DNA of 46,956 bases from IMG/VR virus record IMGVR_UViG_3300032216_000338, positions 1 through 46,956 of that record. The stretch is one strand, 5' to 3'. Below are positions 8,502 through 18,947 of this stretch, piece after piece. Below the pieces are notes generated by a model, which worked only from the letters and a program-made list of their open reading frames with translations, had not been told where the DNA came from and did no database searches. The position numbers were made by a program, and so were the translations under genes. Each line of letters opens with the position of its first letter. Positions within the stretch are counted from its first letter, which is position 1. The DNA comes from a virus (taxonomy: Duplodnaviria > Caudoviricetes).

Positions 8502-11500
8502 ATGGCAGCGCCTTGGGAACGTAACTGGAGTACCGCAAAAGAAGAAGGAACAGCCCCGTGGGAACGTAAATGGGCTGAACCAAAAAAGACAGAAGAACCT
8601 GCCGAACCTGAAGGTAATGGTTTTATACGTGGTCTGTCTTCTTATTTGCCACAAACTAAATCAACATACGGTGCCGCTAAAGTATTAGCGGGTAAAGCGT
8701 TTGGCTCTGAAGACCTGATGAAGTCAGGTCTTGAAACTATGGAGTCCGCTGAACAAGAATTAAAAGGCAAATCAAAAGCCACAGACTCGTTTACTGCCGC
8801 GCTTGATAAAGGTATAGGCACTGTTATAACTGATTGGTTGCCTTACCAAGCGGGTTCTGGTGTAGGTAATCTTCTTGAATCTCTTGCCGTTATGGGTGCT
8901 GGTGCTATAGCTGGTTCCGCAGTACCGGGCCTTGGTACAGTTGCTGGCGGTGCGTTGGGGCTTGTAGAGAAGAAGTTAGCTAAAGAACTTGTTGAAGAAA
9001 CTGCTAAAAAGATAGCTAAAGAACAGGGCGAAAAAGCAGCTAAAGAGTTCGTTGAAGAGCGTACTAAAGCCGCCGCTAAAGAAGTAGCTAAAGATATAGC
9101 AGCCCATGCAGCACTCGCCGCTCAAGCTGGGTTCCACGGTGCTGGTGAAACTACGTCCCGTGCTGTTGAAGAAGCAAAACGCCTAGGCAAAGAAGCTACC
9201 GATATTGACCTTGAGCGCGTAGCACCTGCTGCCATTGTGCATGGCGTGGCTGAATTTATTGGGGATAAGATTGGTCTAGGCGCGTTTAATAAGCTTGACC
9301 TCAATCAGAAGAATCTCCTACTAAACTTTGGTAAGAACCTGTTAGAGACAGGTACTAAAGAAGCGCCTGTTGAGATGTTCCAAACAGCCGCCGAGCGTTT
9401 TGGCGCGCACTTGTCTTTAGCAGACGCTGAAGCAGTTAAAGAGTATGTTGATAGCGCAGCCGCTGCTTATGCTATGTCAATCGTGCCATCCGCTGGTGGC
9501 GCAATTAAAACTCGTGGTATGGCGGGCTTAGAAGAGCGCAATAAAGAACTTGAGAATCAGTTCCGTCAAGACATACAGCAAGAAGAAGCTGACGCCGCTG
9601 CCGCTACGCAGAAAGCAGAAACCGCTACACAAGATATAACTAAGGTTGGTGTGCCTGATGAGCAGGGTAATGTAGCGCCGCTTCAACCAATTAAGTTTGA
9701 TGTGATGTCTCCTGAAGAGACCGCCGCCGCTCAGACTAATGACCCTCTTACTGCTGGAATCGCTGCCGCTACTAATATTGCCGCTGAGAATAAAGATGTA
9801 ACAACAGACGTTGCAGCCGCTGTGCCTGAAGCTGCGGCTATTCCTAAAGAGCCAATTCCTAAAAAAGAAAACGAAACACCTGAAGAACAAATAGCGCGCT
9901 ATAAGTCTGAGTTAGCAACGGGCAGAACCGCAGAAGGTAAAAGATTAACTTATTCTCACGCTAGAAAATTAGAAGAAAAAATTGTAAAGCTAAAGGAGAA
10001 AATTAATGTCGAGCAGCCACCTACAGGAATTAACCCCCCAGCAGATCAGTCTAGCGTTACTAGCGCTCCACCAGCAATGGAAGGAACCGCCCCCGGAGTT
10101 GACACATCTATCGTATCTGGAGTGGGCAGTGTTGGAGGGAATGCTCCAGCAAATAATGTGGCAGAAGGAACACAGCCAGCTGCACTAACTGAAGAACAAA
10201 ACCGTTTAGCAGAAGAAGAGCGTTTAGCAAAAGAAGCTGAATTAGCACACGAAGCTCTTAAGGCGGAATTGGCGCGCGCGCAAACAGAAGCGCCTAAAGA
10301 AAAAGGATTAACTCCTAAACAGATTAAAGACGGTTACGCGCTTTTATTAGAAGAGCATGGCGACGAGTTACCTGCGTGGAAAGATTTAACGCCTGACTTA
10401 AAAAAAGCGTTGATGGGCGAAATAAAAGATGCGTTAAAGACTAAAGGCATGTTGCCGTCTAAAGGGGCTACACCACAAGTATCTCCTGTTATTGCTACAC
10501 TTAAGAAAAATAAAGCAATTATTAATTCATACAATGAAAACCGCCCCGGTAGATTGCGTGAATGGGAAACACTTAATGACGATGAACGCGATGTATATCT
10601 GTCGCAGATTAAAAATAATACAGCAGAAGAACAAGATAAAGCTTATTCAGCTTTACAGTCTTATTTAAAATCTAATGAGCAAGTAACCGAAGAAGGCGGA
10701 GTAGAAGAAGGCGGGGTACCACAAGGCGCGTCTATCTACGAACTTAATCGTCAAGCTTACTCTTCTGAATTACCGCGTTGGGGCGAGTTAGATGATAGCG
10801 CGCGCAACGTATTTTTAAAGTCTATTGAACGTGGCTTTACTCGTAATAAAAAAGGTGATTTAACTAAGCGCGAAGTAACTACAGAACAAATGGATGAGGC
10901 GTTTACTGACGTCTGGATTCATAACGCCGAGAAAGAATCGCGCGTAGTATCACCGTTAAAAGAACGCGAAGCGCAAGCGCAAAAAGATCGTAAACAGCGC
11001 ATGCAGGAAGAAAGAGAAGAAGTATCTGTAGGCAAAGAACTGCCCACGTTAGTTAAGATGATGTTGGGTGAAGGCGGCGTAAATAACGTACTTGCCTATC
11101 TTGCTAAAAAAGCTGAAGGTTTAAACTTTGGCAAAATGACTAGAAAAGCTGTACGCGAGCGTACTTATGGTTCAGCATCTTTACGTGAATTAGAAAAACG
11201 CCACGGTGCATTGACCCGCGCTATATTTAAAAATGTAGCGGCGTCACTTATGAAAATTAATTTTTCTAGTTCTAAAGTTGTCGTTGACCCAAATAACAAA
11301 GTGATACAGCAGCTTATCCGCGAAGGTAAATTAGCTGCGTACGACCCAAAGACAGATACATTCTATTTTACTAAAGACGGCATGGACGAGATGACTGTCC
11401 TGCATGAGATCGTACACGCTGGTACGATTAAGGTTCTTCACACGTTTAAAACTAACCCAAGTAGCTTGACAAAAGAACAGCGCGTAGCCGCTGAACAGAT

Positions 11501-14500
11501 TAATAAAGTATATGAGTTTGCTAAAGCAAGGCTAGAGAAAAAATATCCTGACCAGATGGAAAACGTATATGAGTTTGTTAGCTATGCGTTGACCGACCCA
11601 GCCTTTCAAGCGGAACTTGCTAACACCCAAGCTCCAGTGCTTGCTAAATACACGTTAAAGCCAATAGTTTCACCCGGCGGATTCCAAACCATTTGGGCGC
11701 ATTTGTCCAAAGCAATGATGAAACTGTATGGCTTAACTAAAGCAGCAACACGATTTTTTGAAATTAAGCCAGAATTTTACGATATTCTTTCTAAAGCGTT
11801 TAGTGGTAGGTATGAACAAGAACCCCTGCTTATGGGCGGTCGTGGGGCTGAAGAAACTGTAACTGAAATAAAAAATTATATAGATGGTGTTAGAGAAAAA
11901 GAAATTGTAGATAAAGGCACCATAATTACTTTTGAAGCCGTTAGTAATTTACGTGATAAAGCGGAATCTAAATTAAAAGATAAATATCCTGATGTATTTA
12001 AAGATAGAACCGATGACGGGGTATTAGACTTTGCTATTAAGTGCGTTGAAGATGAAGCTTTTGCGCATGAAGTAACTTTATTAGCAGTTCAAAGTGGGAC
12101 TAGAACATACAACAAACAAAAAATAGGCATTACTAAACGCGCAGGTTATGAAGGCAACGCGCTAATTGAAATTACTGAGGCGTTCCAAGGAATACTCGCT
12201 GCACCTGAAGCTGGCATAGACATTGAAGCTTTACCTGCTAAGAAGCCAAAGGCAGCGCCTACTACTGACCGTTCTTTAGAAGAGCTAGAGTCAGAAATGA
12301 AGACAGGTAAGCAACCAGCTACTCCTTCAAAGATATGGGATGCCGTACTGTCTGGTAAAGCAGCGCCGTGGCTTGAAAGAAAATTTGCTAATGACCGTGC
12401 GCCTATAAAACGCTGGCAGAAACAGTTGGCTGATGCCGGGCGCGTCATTGCCTATGGCGTGGGTATGAATAATATCTACGATCAAATTGTCTTGTCGTCT
12501 GGCAACGCGCATTGGATATACACACAGTATGTACAAGCTGGCACAGAAGGACTGCGTCAAGAGATAGCTGCGTATGCTGAGAAAAATAAACTGTCTATAG
12601 AGAAAGTTTTGGAAAAGCTGGCGCTTGCTTCAATTGCTCGTCACTTGCCTGAACGCCGTGAAGCGTTGTACATGAGGAATGTAGATTTAAGTGTTTCTCC
12701 TATTATTAAATTTACCAACGCGCAAGGTAAAACTGAAAACATATCCCCATCAAAAATGCGGGACATTATATTTAAAGAGCTTGATACTAATAAGAATCTT
12801 ACAGAAGCTGAAATAAAATATTTTGAAAAGACTTTGCGCGGTATTGTGTTTGATAAGAACCAGACGTTCCTTGACCCTAAGATAAAGGGCAAAGACTTAG
12901 CCAATATAAATAGCAGCAAGTACAACGTAGCTGGCGCGTTCTCTGAGGCTGAAGTTAAGACTATGACGGATGGGTACAACGCTAACAAAGCTGAAATGCA
13001 GCCTATCTTTGCCATAGTAGATAAACTAAACAAGACTACGCTCAAGCTGAACAAGATGTCTAACTACATGTCGCCTTACGCTGACAATTGGGTTAAGTTC
13101 TACGGCTGGCAAAACTACGTACCACTCAAAGGCAAACATTTGTCGGACGATACCGACATGCTAAATTTCGACAGCCGCCGCTTGGGAGGCGAGCTTCAAG
13201 AGAAAGTGCATACCTTTGAAGGTAATCAGGAGATACCGGACAACCCTGTTCTTCAGGTGATGGCTGACGCTGCGATAGCGTCTATGCGTGTTGGGCGTAA
13301 AAATGTTACTGAAACTATTTACAACTCCGCTAAGAAAAATAAAAACAATCCTAATGGCACAGGCTTATTATCAACCGCTGAAGTCATTAAGATTGTGGAT
13401 TTTGAAGAACGTCGCGATCAAAAGTTCTTGGATTCATTGGGCGGCGAAACTAAAATCTTCCATTACATGCCAGACGGTAAGGTTGCAATCATAAGCATTA
13501 AAGACAAAACTCTACTAGAGTCCATACGTAGGACTTACAGAGAAGTTAATCCTATGAAAGACTTCTTTAATAAATGGACAGGTAGGATTGGTCAGACCCA
13601 CACCCGATTTAATATAGCGTTTGCCCCTGTTAACTTTGTTCGCGACGTGCTTACTAACGCGTTTACTATTGGCGCGGACATGGGGCCGCTAAAAGCCTTT
13701 AACTATCTAGGCTCTGTTGCTAAAGATGTAGCTACAGGCAAGCTTTGGAAAACAATTAGGTTTAATTATTTGTATTCAGAAGGAAGAATAAGCGCCATAC
13801 GTGCGCTTAGCATGAAAGATTCGTACTATAAAGATTTACTTGACCTAACTAGAGAAGGCGGGCGTGTATCTCATTTGGCAGGGATTGCTAACAAAGGGCA
13901 GTTCAATGAGCTAAATAAAGAAGTAGGCAAGGATGGAATACTGCCACTTAAATCTGTAGGTAAGTTCTTCGACGGCTACATTGAAATGTTTGAGATGGCT
14001 TCGCGTGTTGCCGCTTTCCGCATCGCTAAAGAAACAGAACTCGCTGAGTTAAAACGCCAAAACAAAGTTGGCCCTGACGCTGAGAAAGCCGCTAGAACTA
14101 AAGCCGCTTCTTACACTAAAGAACTTGCTAACTTTGAACAAGCTGGTGAATTTGGTAAGACGATGGGTGCGTGGTTTATGTTCTTCCGTCCGTCCGCTAC
14201 AGGTGCAGTAAGAGCTATAGATGCAGTTGCCCCAGCGCTTATGAACGCTGAACAGGCTAGGATGAGGCAGCCACAGTTTGCCGAAGCTGCTATCTTGCGT
14301 GAGAAGTTAAAAGATAAATCCATCACGGGCGTTACCCGCACTAAGATGGAAGCAAAGTTAAAAGACGCGGAGAAAGCTGTACGATACTTTGACACTAAGT
14401 TTGCTGATAATAAACAAAACGCGCAAGTAATGATTGTATGTCTAATGGGTATGGGGTATTTGACTTATCAGATGGCGCACGCTATGGCTGATGATGATGA

Positions 14501-15458
14501 TGAAAAAGATGAGCTAGGCCGCAATAAGATTGCTACTGACGACATGTCACGTTGGACTAAGTTTGCGCGGTTCTATATCCCCGGCGTTGAGCGTCCTATA
14601 CAGATACCTTGGGGTTTTGGCCTTGGTGCGTTTGCTGCTCTTGGCGCGCAGATGGCGGCTATTTTTAACGGTAATGTTAGAACAGGTGACGCTTTAGCTA
14701 ACATGTTTATGATAACCCTTGATTCTTTCTTGCCGTTACCTTTCTCTCGCATTCCTGTAAGTGAGAAGCCGATAGAATTTGCTATTGATTCTGCGGCACC
14801 TTCTATTGCTAGGCCACTATTTGAATATGCGTTTAACGTAGACGCGCTAGGGCGTCAGATATATAACAATCGTCAATCACGGTTTGGTGATGCTTATACT
14901 GGTGGGGATAGTATTCCTGAGTTGTATAAACGCGCTGCGCGTTATTGGTTTGATACTACTGGCAATGACGTAAGCCCTAATACTTTATACTTTTTTGCTA
15001 ACTCCTATGCAGATGGCGCGTCGCGTTTGATGCACAACGGTGTAAACATAGGGTTTTGGTTATCGGGACAGAAAGATTTTGATCCTAAAACAGATACATT
15101 GTTCCTCGATAGTTTTGTTGGCTCTAAATCTAACTACGACGCCCGTGAATGGCAGCGCATTGATGATGATTTAGCAGAGCGTACCAAGAAACTAAATATG
15201 TTAAAAGATAAACCAGAACAATACTATAAGTATTTAGAAAAAAACCCGCTCGATGCGATGCTTGTTAAGATGTATAACCACGACGTCAATGGTTATTTAA
15301 AAGACTTACGTGCGCAAGCAAACAAATACCGCGCTATGGATAGTAGTATGCTGTCTTTAAGAGAGCGTAAGCAAATTGTTGACTCTATTGTTCAGCGCGA
15401 AAACTTTGAGAAGTACCGGCTTGTACAACTCTATAACGCATACGGAATCAAACCCTAG
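8502..15458 (+). CDS. Giant polyvalent internal virion protein with zincin metallopeptidase motif and LPD38-like C-terminus
   Basis: 2318 aa. HEIVH zincin motif preceded by AAYDPKTDTFYF. YVPLKG, PVNFVRD and IQIPWGFG motifs as in large ejection proteins. Last gene of the virion block. Confidence 0.65.
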   Translation: MAAPWERNWSTAKEEGTAPWERKWAEPKKTEEPAEPEGNGFIRGLSSYLPQTKSTYGAAKVLAGKAFGSEDLMKSGLETMESAEQELKGKSKATDSFTAALDKGIGTVITDWLPYQAGSGVGNLLESLAVMGAGAIAGSAVPGLGTVAGGALGLVEKKLAKELVEETAKKIAKEQGEKAAKEFVEERTKAAAKEVAKDIAAHAALAAQAGFHGAGETTSRAVEEAKRLGKEATDIDLERVAPAAIVHGVAEFIGDKIGLGAFNKLDLNQKNLLLNFGKNLLETGTKEAPVEMFQTAAERFGAHLSLADAEAVKEYVDSAAAAYAMSIVPSAGGAIKTRGMAGLEERNKELENQFRQDIQQEEADAAAATQKAETATQDITKVGVPDEQGNVAPLQPIKFDVMSPEETAAAQTNDPLTAGIAAATNIAAENKDVTTDVAAAVPEAAAIPKEPIPKKENETPEEQIARYKSELATGRTAEGKRLTYSHARKLEEKIVKLKEKINVEQPPTGINPPADQSSVTSAPPAMEGTAPGVDTSIVSGVGSVGGNAPANNVAEGTQPAALTEEQNRLAEEERLAKEAELAHEALKAELARAQTEAPKEKGLTPKQIKDGYALLLEEHGDELPAWKDLTPDLKKALMGEIKDALKTKGMLPSKGATPQVSPVIATLKKNKAIINSYNENRPGRLREWETLNDDERDVYLSQIKNNTAEEQDKAYSALQSYLKSNEQVTEEGGVEEGGVPQGASIYELNRQAYSSELPRWGELDDSARNVFLKSIERGFTRNKKGDLTKREVTTEQMDEAFTDVWIHNAEKESRVVSPLKEREAQAQKDRKQRMQEEREEVSVGKELPTLVKMMLGEGGVNNVLAYLAKKAEGLNFGKMTRKAVRERTYGSASLRELEKRHGALTRAIFKNVAASLMKINFSSSKVVVDPNNKVIQQLIREGKLAAYDPKTDTFYFTKDGMDEMTVLHEIVHAGTIKVLHTFKTNPSSLTKEQRVAAEQINKVYEFAKARLEKKYPDQMENVYEFVSYALTDPAFQAELANTQAPVLAKYTLKPIVSPGGFQTIWAHLSKAMMKLYGLTKAATRFFEIKPEFYDILSKAFSGRYEQEPLLMGGRGAEETVTEIKNYIDGVREKEIVDKGTIITFEAVSNLRDKAESKLKDKYPDVFKDRTDDGVLDFAIKCVEDEAFAHEVTLLAVQSGTRTYNKQKIGITKRAGYEGNALIEITEAFQGILAAPEAGIDIEALPAKKPKAAPTTDRSLEELESEMKTGKQPATPSKIWDAVLSGKAAPWLERKFANDRAPIKRWQKQLADAGRVIAYGVGMNNIYDQIVLSSGNAHWIYTQYVQAGTEGLRQEIAAYAEKNKLSIEKVLEKLALASIARHLPERREALYMRNVDLSVSPIIKFTNAQGKTENISPSKMRDIIFKELDTNKNLTEAEIKYFEKTLRGIVFDKNQTFLDPKIKGKDLANINSSKYNVAGAFSEAEVKTMTDGYNANKAEMQPIFAIVDKLNKTTLKLNKMSNYMSPYADNWVKFYGWQNYVPLKGKHLSDDTDMLNFDSRRLGGELQEKVHTFEGNQEIPDNPVLQVMADAAIASMRVGRKNVTETIYNSAKKNKNNPNGTGLLSTAEVIKIVDFEERRDQKFLDSLGGETKIFHYMPDGKVAIISIKDKTLLESIRRTYREVNPMKDFFNKWTGRIGQTHTRFNIAFAPVNFVRDVLTNAFTIGADMGPLKAFNYLGSVAKDVATGKLWKTIRFNYLYSEGRISAIRALSMKDSYYKDLLDLTREGGRVSHLAGIANKGQFNELNKEVGKDGILPLKSVGKFFDGYIEMFEMASRVAAFRIAKETELAELKRQNKVGPDAEKAARTKAASYTKELANFEQAGEFGKTMGAWFMFFRPSATGAVRAIDAVAPALMNAEQARMRQPQFAEAAILREKLKDKSITGVTRTKMEAKLKDAEKAVRYFDTKFADNKQNAQVMIVCLMGMGYLTYQMAHAMADDDDEKDELGRNKIATDDMSRWTKFARFYIPGVERPIQIPWGFGLGAFAALGAQMAAIFNGNVRTGDALANMFMITLDSFLPLPFSRIPVSEKPIEFAIDSAAPSIARPLFEYAFNVDALGRQIYNNRQSRFGDAYTGGDSIPELYKRAARYWFDTTGNDVSPNTLYFFANSYADGASRLMHNGVNIGFWLSGQKDFDPKTDTLFLDSFVGSKSNYDAREWQRIDDDLAERTKKLNMLKDKPEQYYKYLEKNPLDAMLVKMYNHDVNGYLKDLRAQANKYRAMDSSMLSLRERKQIVDSIVQRENFEKYRLVQLYNAYGIKP

Positions 15459-15658
15459 GCAACCCGCCACACGCGGATGCCTAGGTGTCCTTCTTTCTCA
15501 CAGGTAAATATCTTTACCCTGACGCGTGACTTCTTAGCGGCGATGTCCGCCGCGTACATCATTTGGGCAGGGCGCAGTGTGGGGATAAAGAAGCTCTCCC
15601 CAACCGCCATATAGTCATACGGAAAAATCCACTCTGGCTCTTCAGTCAGCTTCTCCAT
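15455..15658 (-). CDS. Small putative DNA-binding protein
   Basis: FPYDYMAVGESFFIP...GIRVWRV pattern. Start moved to ATG 15658, which overlaps the primase 3' end. Confidence 0.6.
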   Translation of the reverse strand: MEKLTEEPEWIFPYDYMAVGESFFIPTLRPAQMMYAADIAAKKSRVRVKIFTCEKEGHLGIRVWRVA

Positions 15659-18500
15659 CTCTAGCGAAGAAGGTATCGGGAATTTCGGTGGCAAAGACAT
15701 AGGTGTTCACATTCATATTTTTATCAAGGATACTCAACGCTTGCTTCCATCCTGCGTCAAGCCGCGACTTCTTAACTTCAATAAGAATATTCTTCTCTTT
15801 CATGTTCTGTTCAAACTCTCGTGAACTAACATTCTTTTCAGTAAGATACTTTTTAAATTCCGTTGTAGATATAGTCACTAACCCTGTTGCTAAATCAATT
15901 CTTCCTACAAGACTAGTGCGCGGCTCCATCGTAACTTTGCCGTCGTTAATGCCCAAGAAGCCTGTGTAGTATTTATTGATGAAGTCACCAACCAACGCTG
16001 AGTAATCTGTCTCGCCAAGAGTAACCACCTTGTCACGTATGTTAATCATCTCACCGCACACCTTGTCATAGATGCGGTTTAAGTCATAATCAATAATGCC
16101 AAACTCATTACCTATCACGCCGCCTGTCATAGCTGCGCCAATAATGTTCTCGTAAAAACGGTAGATCGCGTCATTGCCAAAGTCTTTCTTAAATCGTGCA
16201 ATCCATTCTTTTACTATATCAATCAGTGCGTCTTCACCCTTTAAGAAGTAAGACTGAATAATCTTGCGACCTGCATGACCATAGTTGTACTTGAACGCGT
16301 CGAACACTTTCGGGCCAAAGTCTGGCTCATCAATCAACAGCCGTGGTTTCATTACAAGAAACTCAATCATACGTGCCATCTCACCGGTCGCCATAGAATT
16401 GTTGGACATAATCATATCCAGTAGCGGCATGTTACAAGTCATCATGGCAATGGATGACGCTAAGAGTTCGTGTTCCCGTTCAGCGTTAATAGACCCCTGC
16501 ATCCTGATCTTAGCTTTACCCTGAGAGATAGCGTGAACCATCTTGCTTAGCTCTTCTATCTTGCGGGTATGTGCTTCATCAACCCCAAACGCTGCGTTTT
16601 TTAATGTGACGTACCGCTGATTTAAACCATTGTTTGTTGCATCAAACACAGAAATGCCCACGGGGTTACACCAAATACTTAAGTTAGCGTACAGCGCTCC
16701 TGTCTTACCATTGCCTGATTTACCTGTATAACTAACGATAGCGCCCGGAGTAGACGTCAACGGCATAAGCGGCGAACCCAAACCAATCAACGTACCAAAC
16801 GCATGCATCTCCATCGTAGGACGGTTCAACTGCTGCGCGGACTCTTGCCAGCGCTCAAAGCTTCCCTTCGGCTCAAAATGTTTTGAAACACTCTTAACCA
16901 TAGGCGAGGCAGGCGTAGACACAATCGAGCCATTTGATTTAATTAAATTATTGCCGATGACATACTCACGGCCCAAGCGCTCGTCTCCTACTACTTCTGT
17001 CCAGCCCATCTGCATCTGCATTAACTCTGCTTCTGCCTGTGTCTGTAAGTAATGCCCCCACTTCATGATATATCCCATGATATGTACCAATTTATCTGCG
17101 TTACCTGTAACGCCCATAAACCCAATAACTTTCTTAAACTCGTCAGACGCATTCAAACTCCTAGTGGTCACCATAAAATCACGCGGCGCGTCCTTGGGCA
17201 ACAGAAGACGCATCATTAATATTTCGCCGTCGGCTTTACTAAACATCCTACGTATAGGAAACAACTCATGTGGATAAATAAGTTGTGGGTCTTGCTCTCT
17301 TTTATCCCCCTTCTTATCTATCTTAGCTGGCGGCTGATAATAAATACCTCCTGTCTCACCCCTGAAGTACGGGAATAATGCTTGTGGATGGTCTGGTATT
17401 ACGCCCGACGTAATACTTTCGGGATTCGTTTGCTCCCGAACTGCGTCCTCTTTAGGGGCTTGCGCGATTTTGATGACTCGCCCGAGGGCGAGGGGGTTGG
17501 TGAACTTTCCTTTGTATGCACAAGTGTCACAGATTCCGGGATTTTCATTGTCGAATGTTATGCATGAATAAGGTTTTCCTTGACGCAGTGTTGATTTGCG
17601 TTCCGTCTCTGCCGGATTGTAGCCGGGATAATCTTCTGATAATTTGTGGATAGCCTCGTCGCGGTCGCTACAATGCTGTGCAATGGATAAGGCCGCTGTC
17701 CACATGGGTTCTGGAAGAGTTGCGGCGTTTTCAATAGCCCATTTAATCTGTCCGCATCCATCACCTTCAAGACTTCTGATAGCGATTTTTTCAAAGCGTG
17801 TCTCCTGATTATCTAACTTCATCAATGCTTTAGTATCGTCATCCAATCCTTTGGGTAGACGCTTTAACAAATCAAACGCAGACTCTTCTATTACCCCTAA
17901 AAACTCTTTAAATTCATCGAACGAATATACCGGCAGCTCGTCAGAAATTACCTCACATTTAGACGGTGGAGTTGTCTTATAGTTGAACGTATCAGGGCAG
18001 CGCATAATGCGCGCCACGTCTGCTGTAACAACTGGGTCAATGTGTAAGTCATTCTCAAGGCAGAGCGCTTTGAACTTTTCGGCGTAGGGCTTCCATTCAG
18101 TGACGGGGATGTCCCGATCAAATAGCCAGTAGGCGTGTATGCCTGTACCGGAATCGATGATAATAGGGGGAGGTAAATCAACTCTTGGGATGAAAGCATG
18201 TAATGCGACGAGAGCATCCCCCTTACTGTCATATCCTCTTCCGATAGCGGCTTTCCCTTCTCCGACATCGAGGTCGATGAAGAATGAACGTAGGAATTGC
18301 GCGTCCTCTGCCTTGCGGCTATAACCATCGAAGGAAGCAAGCGCCACGTAGACATTTGCTTCTTCCAATTCAAACTGTCTTGCAATAGTTTCAACATCAT
18401 CTATAGACTCCGCAAATTTCTGTGTAATCCTTTTATCTAACTTAGCTACACAGTAAACGCCCTGCGAAGGCAATGCTTTCTCGTAAAATTGTTTTATCAT
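15642..18500 (-). CDS. Primase-helicase (RepB/AEP-type primase + Cys cluster + DUF927-like helicase)
   Basis: FFIDLD and DSGTGIHAYW primase motifs, C..C..C cluster, Walker A GKSGNGKT, Walker B GVDE. Confidence 0.85.
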   Translation of the reverse strand: MIKQFYEKALPSQGVYCVAKLDKRITQKFAESIDDVETIARQFELEEANVYVALASFDGYSRKAEDAQFLRSFFIDLDVGEGKAAIGRGYDSKGDALVALHAFIPRVDLPPPIIIDSGTGIHAYWLFDRDIPVTEWKPYAEKFKALCLENDLHIDPVVTADVARIMRCPDTFNYKTTPPSKCEVISDELPVYSFDEFKEFLGVIEESAFDLLKRLPKGLDDDTKALMKLDNQETRFEKIAIRSLEGDGCGQIKWAIENAATLPEPMWTAALSIAQHCSDRDEAIHKLSEDYPGYNPAETERKSTLRQGKPYSCITFDNENPGICDTCAYKGKFTNPLALGRVIKIAQAPKEDAVREQTNPESITSGVIPDHPQALFPYFRGETGGIYYQPPAKIDKKGDKREQDPQLIYPHELFPIRRMFSKADGEILMMRLLLPKDAPRDFMVTTRSLNASDEFKKVIGFMGVTGNADKLVHIMGYIMKWGHYLQTQAEAELMQMQMGWTEVVGDERLGREYVIGNNLIKSNGSIVSTPASPMVKSVSKHFEPKGSFERWQESAQQLNRPTMEMHAFGTLIGLGSPLMPLTSTPGAIVSYTGKSGNGKTGALYANLSIWCNPVGISVFDATNNGLNQRYVTLKNAAFGVDEAHTRKIEELSKMVHAISQGKAKIRMQGSINAEREHELLASSIAMMTCNMPLLDMIMSNNSMATGEMARMIEFLVMKPRLLIDEPDFGPKVFDAFKYNYGHAGRKIIQSYFLKGEDALIDIVKEWIARFKKDFGNDAIYRFYENIIGAAMTGGVIGNEFGIIDYDLNRIYDKVCGEMINIRDKVVTLGETDYSALVGDFINKYYTGFLGINDGKVTMEPRTSLVGRIDLATGLVTISTTEFKKYLTEKNVSSREFEQNMKEKNILIEVKKSRLDAGWKQALSILDKNMNVNTYVFATEIPDTFFARDGEAD

Positions 18501-18510
18501 ATCCGCAGAG

Positions 18511-18538
18511 ACAAGAAAGGCAGGATTTCTCCTGCCTT
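18511..18538 (-). terminator. Hairpin/possible attenuator just upstream of the primase start
   Basis: Minus strand AAGGCAGGA-GAAA-TCCTGCCTT (9-bp stem, GNRA loop) followed by TCTTGT. Confidence 0.5.
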
Positions 18539-18550
18539 GTGTTAATGGGT

Positions 18551-18623
18551 GGGGTACTCGCTACGTCTGTGTAGGCCGCATGGGTTCAAGACTCAATTGT
18601 TAACACAGTATCCGCTTTTCCCC
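18551..18623 (-). ncRNA. Candidate structured RNA element with loop-E/bulged-G motif
   Basis: GGGGAA...AGUACCCC closing helix with GAA/AGUA, inner CUGUGU/ACACAG helix, fully intergenic. Confidence 0.45.
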
Positions 18624-18624
18624 G

Positions 18625-18939
18625 TTAAATCGGCTTACCAATCATGTCTTCGATGTAAGCTTTGGCCTCTCTAACAGACTTGGCAGGTAACACGCCGTCT
18701 GCTAAATCTTTCTCTACTAGCCTTATAAAAGCTGAAGCCATTTGTTCATTCTTGCCACGTAGTATTGCACCACGAAACCAATTATGAACTGTTGCGCGTG
18801 AGACTTCTACCGCTATGGCCACGTACTTAGCAGGAATATTTGCTCTTACACAAAGCTTCGCTAACTTATAACCAATGCGGTAGGTGTCATCAACTTCGTC
18901 AAGACCACTTAGAAATTTCGTACTGTAAGGCCGAGGCAT
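18625..18939 (-). CDS. Cro/CI-like HTH DNA-binding protein
   Basis: AKYVAIAVEVSRATVHNWFRG helix-turn-helix. Confidence 0.75.
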   Translation of the reverse strand: MPRPYSTKFLSGLDEVDDTYRIGYKLAKLCVRANIPAKYVAIAVEVSRATVHNWFRGAILRGKNEQMASAFIRLVEKDLADGVLPAKSVREAKAYIEDMIGKPI

Positions 18940-18947
18940 AGTTACCC

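Noticed and set aside
426-14395. Numerous antisense and alternate-frame ORFs within structural genes (also throughout the window)
   Set aside because: Fully nested in long, motif-bearing genes, without RBS or recognisable motifs. No convincing embedded lipoprotein spanin was found in the lysis genes.
18545-18625. tRNA (GGGTTCAAGACTC resembles a T-arm on the + strand)
   Set aside because: No D-arm, anticodon arm or properly spaced acceptor stem; a cloverleaf cannot be built.
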